DNA of 63,452 nt, filler included, from an uncultured Methanosarcinales archaeon (GTDB lineage Archaea > Nanobdellota > Nanobdellia > Woesearchaeales > B54-G15), in assembly GCA_964519225.1 (NCBI GenBank). It is 3 parts of 3 records of this genome, joined end to end, with 100 filler letters (N's around TTAATTAATTAA, not from the genome) between each part and the next. Parts side by side here need not be neighbours in the genome. Positions count along the whole stretch, not along the records: positions 1 to 25,902 come from CAZFJK010000012.1; 2 more parts are not named here. The stretch is one strand, 5' to 3'. The translations under genes and the position numbers were made by a program. A model generated the notes under the pieces. That model had not been told where the DNA came from and ran no database searches. It saw only the letters and a list, made by a program, of their open reading frames with translations. This document shows, piece after piece, positions 8,622-17,284 of this stretch; positions within the stretch are counted from its first letter, which is position 1; every line of letters begins with the position of its first letter.

Positions 8622-9339
8622 GAGGATACCAACAGGAATCCCTGGTTTAGATAAGATGCTGTTCGGTGGGTTTTTAGAAGGAAGGAATATATTGATTTCA
8701 GGACCATGCGGTGCAGGAAAAACAATTTTTGGTATTCAGTTTCTTTACAATGGTGCAGTAAAATACAACGAACCTGGGTTGTACGTTACGCTTGAAGAGA
8801 CTAAGCAGAAGATTTTTGATGATTGTGCTGCTCTTGGATTTGATCTTCCTACGTTAGAAAGGCAAAACAAATTCCACATCATTGGCGGACCCATAGCAAA
8901 AATAAAGTATTATATGGATAAAGTTGATGCAAAGGCCAGACACATAATAAATGAGATTGGTGAAGTTGTAAAGGATAAGAATGTTAAGAGAGTTGTAATC
9001 GATTCATTGAATCTTTTAACTATCTTAGCAAGCAGCGACGAGGAGAGAAGAAGGATAATTGCTTCTTTGTGCAATATGCTTTCTTCGCTTGGATGCACAT
9101 CATTAATTATAAGCGAAACCGAAGAAGGCAGCATGAAATTGAGCAGGTATGGAATGGAAGAATTTGTTGTTGATGGCGTTGTTGTTTTGTATCTGGTAAG
9201 GCAAGGAAGTAGATTTATTTCAGGTATTGCAATAAGAAAAATGAGAGGAACTGATCATGATAGGGAGATTAGGGTTTATAAGATAGGAAAAGGAGGAATT
9301 GTTGTGTATCCGAATGAAACAATGTTTGGAGAAGTTTAG
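8608..9339 (+). CDS. KaiC/RAD55-family ATPase (single domain)
   Basis: TGIPGLDKMLFGG, GPCGAGKT, TLEE, VVIDSL, IRKMRGT. Confidence 0.93.
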   Translation: MKMYKRIPTGIPGLDKMLFGGFLEGRNILISGPCGAGKTIFGIQFLYNGAVKYNEPGLYVTLEETKQKIFDDCAALGFDLPTLERQNKFHIIGGPIAKIKYYMDKVDAKARHIINEIGEVVKDKNVKRVVIDSLNLLTILASSDEERRRIIASLCNMLSSLGCTSLIISETEEGSMKLSRYGMEEFVVDGVVVLYLVRQGSRFISGIAIRKMRGTDHDREIRVYKIGKGGIVVYPNETMFGEV

Positions 9340-9375
9340 AAAGTTTTTTATAATTCTTTTAGTAAGCTTGGGTGA

Positions 9376-9744
9376 ATGCTTGGCAGAAAAAAAGAGGTTT
9401 TAGTCGATGTGGATAAGGATTTGAAAGCGATTAATGAATTTTTATCGCGGAGTTCTGGCAAGGTTGAACTGCTTAAAAAACTTGCTAAGGATGTTAGTTT
9501 TCTTAGACATCAGGAGAGGATGCTTGCAGAAAAGAATGTTGAAAAAGCTAAGGAAAAAGTCTTTGAAGAAATGATTTTTGCTTTACTCGATTTACTAAAG
9601 CAATATAGTTTTTTTCAACTTGATGTTGACATAAGCGGTGAAAGACTAAAAAGGATTGGGAAGGTTTACTATCAAAGGTTGAAAAATGAATTTCCTGATT
9701 TGTTTGGAAAACTTAAAAAAGAAGACAGGATGTTCTTTGAATAA
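9376..9744 (+). CDS. Hypothetical helical protein
   Basis: 122-aa ORF; stop overlaps the thrS start (TAATG). Confidence 0.6.
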   Translation: MLGRKKEVLVDVDKDLKAINEFLSRSSGKVELLKKLAKDVSFLRHQERMLAEKNVEKAKEKVFEEMIFALLDLLKQYSFFQLDVDISGERLKRIGKVYYQRLKNEFPDLFGKLKKEDRMFFE

Positions 9745-11663
9745 TGACAACCATAATAATTACTTTGCCTGACGGTAGCAAGTTTAAAGCTCGGAAGGGT
9801 ATTAAACCGATTGATATAGCAAAGAAATTGCTCGGTAGCGCTTTTGCTAAAAAAGCCCTTGTTGCTTTAGTGAACGGTAAGCTCTGGGATTTGGATCGAG
9901 CGATAGAAGAAGATGCTAAAGTAAAAATTTTAACTTACGATGATGAAGAGGCAATTGCTGTTCTAAGACATAGTTGTGCACACGTTCTTGCCCAGGCTGT
10001 TAAAAGGCTTTATCTTGATGTAAAGCTTGGTATTGGGCCTGCTATAGAAAACGGGTTTTATTATGATTTTGATAAAAAAGAAGCATTTACTCCTGCTGAT
10101 TTAAAGCAGATAGAGGCGGAGATGAAGAAGATAATTAAAGCGAATTATAGATTTGAAAGAAAAGAGATCAGTAAAAAAGAGGCAAGGAAATTGTTTGCTG
10201 ATGAGCCTTATAAGCTCGAATTGATTGATGAGATGGAAGAGCCGATAAGTGTTTATAAAGATGGTGAGTTTATTGATTTATGCAAAGGACCTCATATTCA
10301 GAGCACAGGGATGATTAAAGCATTTAAGTTAATGAAAACAGCTGGAGCTTATTGGAAAGGAAAAGCTGAAAATCCTCAGCTGCAAAGGATTTATGGAGTA
10401 GCATTTAAAGATGAAAAAGAATTGAAGAAATATCTTTCTCTGCTTGAGGAAGCTGAAAAAAGAGATCATAGAAAACTTGGCAAAGAGCTTGATCTGTTTT
10501 CTATACATCCCGAAGGTCCTGGATTTCCTTTCTTTCATCCAAAGGGAATGGTTGTGATTAATGAAATTCTGAAATATTGGCGTGAAGAGCATGAAAAAGA
10601 AGGCTACAGCGAGGTTAAAACTCCGATTATTTTGAGCAAAACGCTCTGGGAGCAGTCAGGACATTGGGAGCATTATAAAGAAAACATGTATTTTACAAAA
10701 ATTGATGGTAGAGATTTTGCAATAAAGCCAATGAACTGTCCCGGAAGTATTTTGATTTACAAGGAAAGGGTGCATAGCTACAGAGAACTTCCTTTGAGAT
10801 GGGCTGAGCTCGGTTTAGTGCACAGGCATGAGTTAAGCGGAGTTCTTTCTGGTCTGTTTAGGGTAAGGGCCTTTACGCAGGATGATGCACATATCTATTG
10901 TATGCCTGAACAGATTGAGGAAGAGGTTATTGGGATAATTAAGCTTACTGAAAGGATTTACAAGACATTTGGATTCAAGTATGAGGTTGAATTGAGCACA
11001 AAGCCAGAGAAAGCAATGGGAACTGCTGAGCAATGGCATGAAGCAGAAACTGCTTTAAAGAATGCATTAGAAAAATGCAGGATTAAGTATAAGGTTAATC
11101 CAGGTGAAGGTGCTTTCTACGGGCCAAAGATAGATTTTCATGTAAAGGATGCTTTAGGAAGAAAATGGCAGTGCGGCACCATACAGCTTGATTTTCAAAT
11201 GCCTGAAAGATTTGATCTTAGCTATGAAGGAAAAGACGGGAGAAGACACAGGGTTGTTATGCTTCACAGAACTGTTCTCGGCAGCTTAGAAAGATTTCTC
11301 GGTGTTTTGCTTGAACATTTTGCTGGAAAGCTTCCTCTCTGGATTGCTCCTGAACAGATCAGGGTAATAACTGTTTCTGATAAAGTAAGAAATTATGCCA
11401 AAAAAGTTTATAAAGAACTGGAAAAGCAAGGATTTAGGGTTATGCTGGATGATAGGGCATCTACTGTTCAGTACAAGATCAGGGATGCGCAGCTGCAAAA
11501 GGTTCCTTATATGGTTGTGATTGGAGAGAAAGAAGAAAAAGCAAAGAAGATTGCTGTGAGGACTCGGGAGAATAAAGTTAAGTTTGGTGTTAAATTAGAG
11601 AAGTTTATTGATGCGTTGAAAAAAGAGATTAAGGAAAGGAAAGTTGAGTTGGAAGCGATTTAG
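9744..11663 (+). CDS. thrS: Threonine--tRNA ligase, bacterial type
   Basis: TGS domain, HSCAHVLAQAV editing motif, KPMNCPG, FTQDDAH, GAFYGPKID, anticodon-binding domain. Confidence 0.97.
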   Translation: MTTIIITLPDGSKFKARKGIKPIDIAKKLLGSAFAKKALVALVNGKLWDLDRAIEEDAKVKILTYDDEEAIAVLRHSCAHVLAQAVKRLYLDVKLGIGPAIENGFYYDFDKKEAFTPADLKQIEAEMKKIIKANYRFERKEISKKEARKLFADEPYKLELIDEMEEPISVYKDGEFIDLCKGPHIQSTGMIKAFKLMKTAGAYWKGKAENPQLQRIYGVAFKDEKELKKYLSLLEEAEKRDHRKLGKELDLFSIHPEGPGFPFFHPKGMVVINEILKYWREEHEKEGYSEVKTPIILSKTLWEQSGHWEHYKENMYFTKIDGRDFAIKPMNCPGSILIYKERVHSYRELPLRWAELGLVHRHELSGVLSGLFRVRAFTQDDAHIYCMPEQIEEEVIGIIKLTERIYKTFGFKYEVELSTKPEKAMGTAEQWHEAETALKNALEKCRIKYKVNPGEGAFYGPKIDFHVKDALGRKWQCGTIQLDFQMPERFDLSYEGKDGRRHRVVMLHRTVLGSLERFLGVLLEHFAGKLPLWIAPEQIRVITVSDKVRNYAKKVYKELEKQGFRVMLDDRASTVQYKIRDAQLQKVPYMVVIGEKEEKAKKIAVRTRENKVKFGVKLEKFIDALKKEIKERKVELEAI

Positions 11664-11708
11664 AAAATTTGATTATTTTTATAATCATTATTTTAGTAAT
11701 CAAAAAAT

Positions 11709-11842
11709 GCGGGGGTGGCCGAGTGGTCAAAGGCGCCAGGCTTAGGACCTGGTGGCTTAGCGCCTGCGCGGGTTCGAATTAACCCTTTCCGCCTTCGGCG
11801 CAAAGCGTTAACGGAAAGGGAACGAAAATCCCGTCCCCCGCA
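11709..11842 (+). tRNA. tRNA-Leu(TAG) with a 50-nt non-canonical intron at position 59/60 (11779-11828)
   Basis: Acceptor GCGGGGG/CCCCCGC, anticodon arm CCAGG-CTTAGGA-CCTGG, long variable arm; T-loop TTCGAA|T interrupted by a BHB-like insert. Confidence 0.9.
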
Positions 11843-12140
11843 TTATCATAATTTCTATGATAAGGTCGGGAAAATGCTTAGATCAAGCTATTTAATTAAA
11901 TTTAATATTCTAATATGAATTATTTTTCTTCGAAAGAAAAATAAAAAAGAAAAAAATTTTTAAAATAAAATATTCCTTTTGGGATAAATTTTTGAAGTTG
12001 TCTAGTGCCTAAATAGTAATAGTGAACGACTTTCCGATATTATTTTCTCTCTATCTAAGTGATGACTTCCTGATGCATTGAAATTTTAACTTTTCATGCT
12101 GGTTTCCACAGGAAATGGTGGTTTGGATTGTTTGTATTTA

Positions 12141-12155
12141 CGAAACGTTTTTAAA
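12141..12155 (+). promoter_or_regulatory. BRE/TATA promoter of the S-layer gene
   Basis: cgaaacg-TTTTTAAA ~130 bp upstream of the ATG; strong SD gaggtgaggtga just before 12281. Confidence 0.55.
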
Positions 12156-12177
12156 CAGATAACCAGGAAAAGCTTAC

Positions 12178-12239
12178 TAGTGTCTTTAGAAGGCTGGCCA
12201 GCCAGAAAGAAAAGACACTCAAAGCCTTCTAAGACACTA
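12178..12239 (+). other. Structured 5' UTR hairpin of the S-layer mRNA
   Basis: TAGTGTCTTTAGAAGGCT (12178-12195) pairs with AGCCTTCTAAGACACTA (12223-12239), 17 bp with one bulge. Confidence 0.65.
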
Positions 12240-12280
12240 AGACAACAAAAAAAGCAAAACACAAAGAGGTGAGGTGAAAG

Positions 12281-14623
12281 ATGGGAAAATTTAAGAAAAT
12301 TGTTGCCTTGGCCGCAGGCCTTGGTATGTTGGGAGCAACATTAAGTGGAGCATTGGCTGCACCGTGGACTTTGGACAACTATCCAAAGGCGCTTGGATCA
12401 CCAGTTACCATTGTTTTTGGCAAAGACGCTGATGTCAGCGATGTTGTTGGTGCGACTGAATTAGCAAGCGCATTGAAATATGAAGAAGAAACAACCACAA
12501 CAACCGCAGCCACAGTAAGCGAAGGAGTTTTGATAAAGTCTGCAGGAGACGAGTTGAATTATGAAGAGTGTTTTTCAAATATAACTTCCACACTTGATAG
12601 CAGTGACTTGGATATCTTAGCGGATCAAACATACGATGATAATGAAGGTGATAATGAAAATTCAGTAACTTATACTCAAGAGATCTCATTTACGTATGGT
12701 ACAGATGGCACAAACTGTCTTAAATTTACTATTGATGAAAATGAAGATAATGAACCTGCAGGCACATATATAGAAATTACTGATGATGATGACACTTATA
12801 CATATACTTTAGAGTTTGATGACTCGGTTGCTTACACAAACACATCGACTGGAGTAGACAATGATCTTGAAGATACCGAATTGACAATAATGGGTAACAC
12901 ATATACAATAGTTGATGCTGGCGTCAGTGGCGGAGAGCTCAATTATCTAAAATTATTTGGCGGAGTAATGGAACTAACAATCAAGGAGGGAGAAACAAAA
13001 ACTATTCAAATTGATGACACAAGCTATGAAATAACTTGTGATAATGTTTGGACAAGCGGTAACGACGAATACACTTTAATTAGCGTAAATGGAGAACAAT
13101 CAAGCAAATTAAGTGAAGGACAAAGTGATGAAGTTAGCGGACTGAGAATTGCTGTCAAGACAGTTGTTGATGAAGAAGCTGCTGAATCTGAAGACTGGGT
13201 TCAGTTATATGTTGGTGCAAATGTTGTTGAGTTAACAGATGGTCAAGAAGTTAAAGTAAACGGCGAAGAGCTCGATGGTTCTGAAGTAACTTTTGATGTA
13301 ACTAGTGATGAATGGGATGGTTTCTCAATATCGTATAAACCAGAAGATGACTTGTGGCTTGCAGTTGGCGAAGAATGGACGGATCCTGTGTTTGGTAGAT
13401 TCAAATTTGTGTTCGCTGGATTAGAAAAAACAACAGAAACAATAAAAGCAACCACATCCGGAGATGATGGAACTCTAACGCTTACAAACAATGCAGGAGA
13501 TACATTAGAAATTCCGTTCATAGGAAATGGAACAGTAGTGTATCCTGGTGATGATTTGGTTGAGAGTGATGTGTACACGAAACAAGGAGATGCTACATCA
13601 CAGATTGCGGGGGGCGGAAACTTGTTAATTAAAAACGAAAATTATTGTAATGCAACAGACAAGATTGAAGATTGTGAAGGAATACTCTTGCTTGTTGCTA
13701 GCAGTAATGAAGTTAGAATCATAGAAATAACCGATATTGATACCGACAATAACCAAACGGACTTAAAAGACTTGACAACAGGTACAACGTGGACTAATGA
13801 GGACTATACTCCTGGACAAGGAACGGTTATAGATCTATGGGGTAGTGCTACAATAAATATAACGATTGATCATGACAATAAGTTAGTAAAAATCAATGAT
13901 GGGTTGTTAGGTAGCGATTATATAGAAACGCCTCTTGAAGGAAGAGTATATCTCAGCTTTGATAAACCAAACTCACAGGTTACGGTGAAAAATGAAGATA
14001 ATGAAACGTTGTTTGTATTCAATTTCACGACCAGCGATGAAGACACGGTGTTAGATGATATCAATGTTTACAATGAAATGATGGACCAAGAAGAAGATTC
14101 TGACATTAAAGTAGGATTAGATGCTGCAGATTACGGAGCAATAATTACTTGGGACAGTGAGGATAAAGATGACCTAACAATAGAATATCCAGAAGAAGAG
14201 GTATATGCAGATGTGTATGTGACTCCGATTAGTGCGACATTGGTTGCAGGTACAAATGTTGAAGTTAAAACAGTAGATGCTGTATCAAAGCTTGATAGTG
14301 AAGTTGGAAATATCGCTGGTGTTACGACAGATGGCGTGATTTTGATCGGAGGTCCTTGTGTCAACACACTAACAGCAGAAGCCATGGGCAAGACATATCC
14401 GGCATGTGGCGCTGACTCAGGAATTCCAGAAAACAAAGGTATCATTAAAGCATATGAGGTTGGTGACAAGAAAGTACTGCTTGTTGCTGGATGGAGTGCT
14501 GACGACACAAGGAGAGCATGCCTAGCATTGAAATACCCAACCTACAAAGATTGGGGATTGACTGGAACAGAAGCAGAAGTTACTGGAACGAGCTTAAGCG
14601 ACATCAGCGTAACAACTGTCTAA
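12281..14623 (+). CDS. Major S-layer protein
   Basis: Signal peptide, acidic/Thr-rich with N-x-S/T sequons, N-term IVFGKDADVSDVVGA and C-term ILIGGPCVN..LLVAGWSADDT S-layer domains. Confidence 0.88.
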   Translation: MGKFKKIVALAAGLGMLGATLSGALAAPWTLDNYPKALGSPVTIVFGKDADVSDVVGATELASALKYEEETTTTTAATVSEGVLIKSAGDELNYEECFSNITSTLDSSDLDILADQTYDDNEGDNENSVTYTQEISFTYGTDGTNCLKFTIDENEDNEPAGTYIEITDDDDTYTYTLEFDDSVAYTNTSTGVDNDLEDTELTIMGNTYTIVDAGVSGGELNYLKLFGGVMELTIKEGETKTIQIDDTSYEITCDNVWTSGNDEYTLISVNGEQSSKLSEGQSDEVSGLRIAVKTVVDEEAAESEDWVQLYVGANVVELTDGQEVKVNGEELDGSEVTFDVTSDEWDGFSISYKPEDDLWLAVGEEWTDPVFGRFKFVFAGLEKTTETIKATTSGDDGTLTLTNNAGDTLEIPFIGNGTVVYPGDDLVESDVYTKQGDATSQIAGGGNLLIKNENYCNATDKIEDCEGILLLVASSNEVRIIEITDIDTDNNQTDLKDLTTGTTWTNEDYTPGQGTVIDLWGSATINITIDHDNKLVKINDGLLGSDYIETPLEGRVYLSFDKPNSQVTVKNEDNETLFVFNFTTSDEDTVLDDINVYNEMMDQEEDSDIKVGLDAADYGAIITWDSEDKDDLTIEYPEEEVYADVYVTPISATLVAGTNVEVKTVDAVSKLDSEVGNIAGVTTDGVILIGGPCVNTLTAEAMGKTYPACGADSGIPENKGIIKAYEVGDKKVLLVAGWSADDTRRACLALKYPTYKDWGLTGTEAEVTGTSLSDISVTTV

Positions 14624-14652
14624 ACCTTTTCTTTCTTTCTTTTTGATTTTCT
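14624..14652 (+). terminator. T-rich archaeal terminator after the S-layer gene
   Basis: ccttttctttctttctttttgatttt directly after the stop codon. Confidence 0.5.
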
Positions 14653-14691
14653 TCGATAAATATTTAAAGTGAGAAGAGTAAGTTTTAGAAA

Positions 14692-15204
14692 ATGTTATGG
14701 AAATTGCTAGTTTTCCTAATCTGTGTTTGTATAAGTATTTGTGTTGTTCATTCTTATGACTTAGAAGATTTTCCTGAGTTTCTTTCTGACACGGTTTATA
14801 TCATCGTCGGTGTTGGAGCTAAACCAAGTGATGTCGTTGGGTCTGTGGATATAGCAGTAAGTTTAGCTAAAATTGGAAAACACATTCGCTCAAGATTAGA
14901 TACAGAGATAGATGAATTGGATAAAGATATGATCGTTGTTGGTGGTCCTTGCGTAAATGCGGTTGCCGCTAAACTGCTGGGTTTTCCAGATGATTGCATG
15001 GAAGGTTTTGATTTGGGTGTTGGAAAGATCATTTTGTTTGAAAATAATGATGCTGTACAAATTCTTGTTGCTGGCGCTACTGCTTATGACACAAGGGTTG
15101 TAAGCAGGATTCTAGCTGATTATGACAATCCGAAGAATTCATTATCCGGAAAAGAGGTTATGATAAGAACTTACAAGTACAAAGAATTAATGATACTCGA
15201 TTAG
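14692..15204 (+). CDS. Short S-layer-domain protein (joined N- and C-terminal S-layer segments)
   Basis: IIVGVGAKPSDVVGS and IVVGGPCVN..ILVAGATAYDT match the two ends of the upstream S-layer protein. Confidence 0.8.
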   Translation: MLWKLLVFLICVCISICVVHSYDLEDFPEFLSDTVYIIVGVGAKPSDVVGSVDIAVSLAKIGKHIRSRLDTEIDELDKDMIVVGGPCVNAVAAKLLGFPDDCMEGFDLGVGKIILFENNDAVQILVAGATAYDTRVVSRILADYDNPKNSLSGKEVMIRTYKYKELMILD

Positions 15205-15243
15205 AGAAAACATTTAAAATCTATTCATCTATAGTTTCTTTTG

Positions 15244-15873
15244 ATGGAAGAAAATAAACGAGAGATTAATTTTGAAAGGCTGTTTGATATTTTAAGAGAA
15301 GAGAAAGCTAACGAAGAACTTCAATCGCTTGAAAAGGATTTCTTTGAAAAGGTAGGATCGTATGTTAAAGAATATGAAGAATACGCAAGCAAGATAGAAT
15401 CTTCTCTTGAAAAAGAAAAGGCCAAGAAGCAAGAAGAAAACATCAAAAAGATGATTAAAGAATTGTATAATTGGAGAGAAAAGAAAATCGTTGCTCTTGC
15501 TCTTGATGCTGCAAAAACATCGCTTGCATTAATCGATACGACACCTTTGTTAAAAGAGGAAAAGCTGTTGTTCGACAAACTCTATGAGATTTTGGCTAGG
15601 GGAAGAGAAGGCATTTTAGCAAGGCTGCTGTCCGGAGGTATTCCCAAGATTGAATTCGAAGAGAAAAGAAAAGAAGAGGAAGAACCTAAAAACGAAATGA
15701 AAACTGAAAAAAATTCGGGTACAAAACTTATAAGATTTATCTGTGCTGTTCCGAAGTTTGTTGCAGAAGATTTACAATGTTATGGTCCTTTTGAAAAAGA
15801 TGACATTGCAAGAATTCCAGCAAAAGCAGCTGATGTGTTAATTCAAAAGGAAAGAGCAGAAGAGATAAAATAA
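15244..15873 (+). CDS. DNA replication GINS subunit (Gins51/Gins15-like)
   Basis: EK..EELQSLEKDFF..REKKIV A-domain; VPKFVAEDLQCYGPFEKDDIARIP B-domain. Confidence 0.82.
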   Translation: MEENKREINFERLFDILREEKANEELQSLEKDFFEKVGSYVKEYEEYASKIESSLEKEKAKKQEENIKKMIKELYNWREKKIVALALDAAKTSLALIDTTPLLKEEKLLFDKLYEILARGREGILARLLSGGIPKIEFEEKRKEEEEPKNEMKTEKNSGTKLIRFICAVPKFVAEDLQCYGPFEKDDIARIPAKAADVLIQKERAEEIK

Positions 15874-15875
15874 CC

Positions 15876-15938
15876 TGTTACGAAAATCAATTTTCTGTTA
15901 CGAAATGTTACGAAAGAATGTTACGATTTTGTTACGTA
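15876..15938 (+). repeat. 63-bp direct repeat, left copy (5 x TGTTACG)
   Basis: TGTTACG at 15876, 15896, 15906, 15919, 15930; 62/63 identical to 17285-17347; overlaps the 3' end of 15921-17252. Confidence 0.95.
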
Positions 15939-17252
15939 AGTTGTCTTTCTTCCACTGCCTATTTTTTTGATAAGAGCTTTTTTCATAAGTTTTTTTAGGG
16001 TGCGCAATATAGTCATCTTGCTTACGCCAATGCTTCGTGCTAATTCTGTTGATGAACGTGGTTTTGTAAGTAAAGAAAGTATCTTAATCTCTTCCTCACT
16101 TAATTCCTTTACTTTAATTTTTGAAGGCAATCTTCTGAAAATGACAGTTGTATAGACCTCGTCCATTATAAATTCCGGCTCTGGATAATTATTTTCAGCA
16201 CAGTATTTTTTCATCAGTTCTATGCCTATGCCATAACGCTCTACATAGCCAATATCATAGAATAAAGAAGCAAGCAACGGATTTCTCGGAATATGGATTG
16301 GTTTTTCTGGAGACGTTCCAGGCGGAAACCTGCCAGGATTTCTTATTTCTATCCTGTCCTTAAAAACAAAGATAATAATTTCTACTGGAATAAAGTAGTT
16401 TCTGTGTATGGTTGCATTTAGAATTGCTTCACGTAGTGGAGGTATTGGGAATATAGGTCTTTCAATCCGCTGCAGTGCACCTTCAGGAAGATATGATTCT
16501 TTAGGTATTTCGTCCATGAGGATTTTATAAGCCCTATCGACCTGTTCTTTGAGATCGCCTTCGAGTTCGAATTTTGCAATAGGATTTTCCAATTCGGTTG
16601 ATGGAAAAAATTCGAGTCTTATTTTAGCATAAGGGAAAAATTGTTGTGGATTTTTTCCGAAAAAAAGCAATCCTCCGTTGGTTGGAGATTCGTTATGGAT
16701 AATTTTTAATTTTTGCATTGTGGATTTTGTTGGTTTTAGCAATGGTCCTCCACGGCGCTTTGATTTCACTTTCAAAAATTCCTCGATTTTTTTTATTGAA
16801 AGGTCTTTTATGGATGCATCTGGATTGGGTACTGAGTCAAATCTGACGAGGATGCTTTCTGCGGCTCTTGTAATGACTTCATCTATTGTAAGCGGTAGAC
16901 TGAGAGAGCCTATACGAACGTAAGCCACATTTTTATAAGAATATATTTTCCCGTTTGGTTGGAGCGTGAGTACGACGATTAATTTGTCCTGTATTCGAAA
17001 CGGTTGCATAGCGAATTTCGGTTTGGGATATATCGGCTGGATGATCTTTTCCTCGATTTCCTTTTTCCAATTAGTTCCGGGCTTTAGTCCAATGATTTTT
17101 CCATCGTCAGAAATGCCAAATAGGAGGGATCCTTTTCTTGTGTTCAGGAAGGCTACAGCATCTTTAGCTGCTTCGCCCGTGATTTTCGGCTTGAATTCTA
17201 CTCTTTGGTTTTCTCCTTCCTCGATCAGCTTTAAAAATTCGTTGAGATTCAT
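15921..17252 (-). CDS. Schlafen/AlbA_2 - HATPase_c_4 - wHTH protein (often annotated 'RecG-like ATP-binding')
   Basis: EGENQRVEFK..AFLNTRKGSLLFGISDDG; LREAILNATIHRNY..IRNPG..RNPLL..ERYGIGI; C-terminal wHTH. Confidence 0.9.
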   Translation of the reverse strand: MNLNEFLKLIEEGENQRVEFKPKITGEAAKDAVAFLNTRKGSLLFGISDDGKIIGLKPGTNWKKEIEEKIIQPIYPKPKFAMQPFRIQDKLIVVLTLQPNGKIYSYKNVAYVRIGSLSLPLTIDEVITRAAESILVRFDSVPNPDASIKDLSIKKIEEFLKVKSKRRGGPLLKPTKSTMQKLKIIHNESPTNGGLLFFGKNPQQFFPYAKIRLEFFPSTELENPIAKFELEGDLKEQVDRAYKILMDEIPKESYLPEGALQRIERPIFPIPPLREAILNATIHRNYFIPVEIIIFVFKDRIEIRNPGRFPPGTSPEKPIHIPRNPLLASLFYDIGYVERYGIGIELMKKYCAENNYPEPEFIMDEVYTTVIFRRLPSKIKVKELSEEEIKILSLLTKPRSSTELARSIGVSKMTILRTLKKLMKKALIKKIGSGRKTTYVTKS

Positions 17253-17284
17253 CTTTATAGGGCTAAGAGATCGGATTTTATAAA

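Noticed and set aside
5992..9339. KaiC genes as a circadian clock
   Set aside because: Single-domain proteins without the Ser-Thr phosphosites, and no kaiA or kaiB in the window.
11715..11918. ORF-track ORFs overlapping tRNAs (also 52854-53066, 53018-53275, 54708-54983, 55670-55858, 25947-26159)
   Set aside because: Shadow ORFs produced by GC-rich tRNA sequence.
12059..12073. GTGATGA...CTGA resembling C/D box sRNA motifs
   Set aside because: Only 4 nt between the boxes, no guide regions and no terminal stem.
15876..15938. TGTTACG array as a mini-CRISPR
   Set aside because: Repeat unit is 7 bp with 3-13 bp gaps, the whole block is duplicated, and there are no cas genes in the window.
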